Origin: Octopus vulgaris
Taxonomy: Eukaryota
Length of the DNA: 64,000 bases
Assembly: GCA_951406725.2 (NCBI GenBank)
Contig: OX597814.1
Coordinates: 48,360,001-48,424,000, forward strand
Direction: 5' to 3'
Made by a program: the position numbers and the translations under genes. Shown here piece by piece: positions 62,560 to 64,000 of this stretch (its first letter is position 1; each line of letters opens with the position of its first letter). The notes under the pieces were generated by a model that did not search any database, was not told the origin of the DNA, and saw only the letters and a list, made by a program, of their open reading frames with translations.

Positions 62560-63495
62560 TTCAGTGCTTACATGTGATTTTGATTTATCCCAGTTAAAGA
62601 GCTCTCTGCTAAATGAAAAGATAAGTGTTGTGTCAGTGGTGCAGTGAAAGCTTTTGCATCCATTAAATTTATAATCATCACAAAAATATAGAAAAGAAGA
62701 TGGGCTATAATTGAGTAAATGGAAAAAATTTTTATCATAAGGACTGAGGACAAAATTAAAATAAGAAGAATATTGCTCATCCTTTTAGCAAGCAGAGTCT
62801 GTTTCAAACATTGAAAGACTGCACCAATGATACCAATATCAGATTTTTGTAGCAAGTCAGGGATGGTTTAAACATTTAAAAACTGTATCATAATTTCTAT
62901 GAGGCAAAGATAAGTGGAAAAGATAACAAGTGTTAATAAAAAATGGTGCAGATGCATTTAAAGAAACATTGCATAATATTATTGTTAGTAAGAGATATTT
63001 GCCAGAACAAATATTTAATGTTGATGAAAGTGGCTCATATTGGAAGTGCACACTTGAATATTCCTTTATTCATCAAGAGCTGAAAGCTTTGCCAGGTTTC
63101 ATGGCATTTAAAGATTGAGTGACTCTTCTTGAGGAAAATGCGGTTGGGTTTAAAACTTATGTCACTTTTTGTTCATCACTGTGAAAAACTCAAGTGCTTT
63201 CAAGAATGTTGGCAAGTACATGCTGCCTGTTACCTTACTACTTCAGTAAAAATGCATGGATGACTAAACAAGTTCTTTGAAGATAGGTCAATAGAAATTT
63301 TTATTCACCAGATAAAGGAATATTGTAATTGTGAGAAAACTTCATTAAAATTTTTTATTTATTTTAAACAATATGAGCCGTATCTCTAGACAATTTGAAT
63401 CTTAATATAAAAGTTGTTTAACTATTTCCAAAAATGATATCTCTAATCTAGCTTATGAATCAAAGACCTATATGTGTATTCAAAGCAGATTATCA
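62560..63495 (+). pseudogene. pogo/Tigger transposase remnant
   Basis: ASQGWF, YLPEQIFNVDESGSYWK, PGFMAFKD*VTLL, KNAWMT, LMNQ..I.VFKA; many disablements. Confidence 0.85.
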
Positions 63496-63496
63496 T

Positions 63497-63775
63497 TGTC
63501 ATTTAACGTCTGCTTTCCATGCTAGCATGAGTTGGACGATATGACTGAGGACTGGCAAACCAGATGGCTGCACCAGGCTTCAATCTGATCTGGCAGAGTT
63601 TCTACAGCTGGATGCCCTTCCTAATGCTAACCACTCCGAGAGTGTAGTAGGTGCTTTTATGTGCCACTGGCACGATGGCCAGTCTGGCGGTACTGGCAAT
63701 GGCCACGCTCAAATGGTGCTTTTTACATGCCACCAGCACAGGAGTCAGTCCAGTGGCACTGGCAATGACCTCGGC
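63497..63775 (-). mobile_element. RTE 3' end copy (family A)
   Basis: Family A sequence interrupting the pogo remnant. Confidence 0.8.
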
Positions 63776-64000
63776 ACATATTTTTTTTTTATTTTGTAAA
63801 ACTGATTTTAGAAAACAGACTGTTCAATGAATTTTCTCAATAAACAGATGTCAATTTTGTAAAGTATAATTCTGCTGTAGAGAAAGCCCTCGATGACTCT
63901 ACACTTTAAAATCTAATGAAAAGTAAAGCATTATGTAGTGATCTAAGTTACTTCAAAACACTTCAATTCTTTTTTTGGCACCAAAAGAAGTAGAAGGTTC

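Overview
AT-rich, repeat-dense animal genomic DNA. The SINE/LINE families and (TA)n/(CA)n microsatellites look like Octopus (coleoid cephalopod); this is an inference from recognised repeats. Most ORF-track entries are microsatellite or repeat noise. A CpG-retaining, promoter-like zone (about 1-6.5 kb) contains CCAAT boxes and a strong splice donor at 5135, which suggests the rest of the window is mostly long introns of a + strand gene whose protein I cannot identify. Mobile DNA includes RTE, CR1 and L1/Tx1 LINE remnants, Neptune-type Penelope-like (PLE) RT and GIY-YIG fragments, several tRNA-SINE families, mariner/piggyBac/hAT MITEs, a full-length IR/DR Tc1 (51118-52712) and a pogo remnant. 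Main points of interest: (1) three minimal type-I hammerhead ribozyme motifs (2050-2119 -, 16658-16757 +, 49631-49759 -) in non-coding PLE-type elements, two of them associated with about 120-bp inverted repeats; (2) a very young non-autonomous Gypsy-derived LTR element (42312-46787, -) with a tRNA-Leu PBS, which keeps one open 637-aa ORF built from in-frame gag/pol scraps and internal duplications; (3) several inverted duplications (2811-4406, 55172-55565). Coordinates and identities were read by eye and are approximate unless a motif is quoted.
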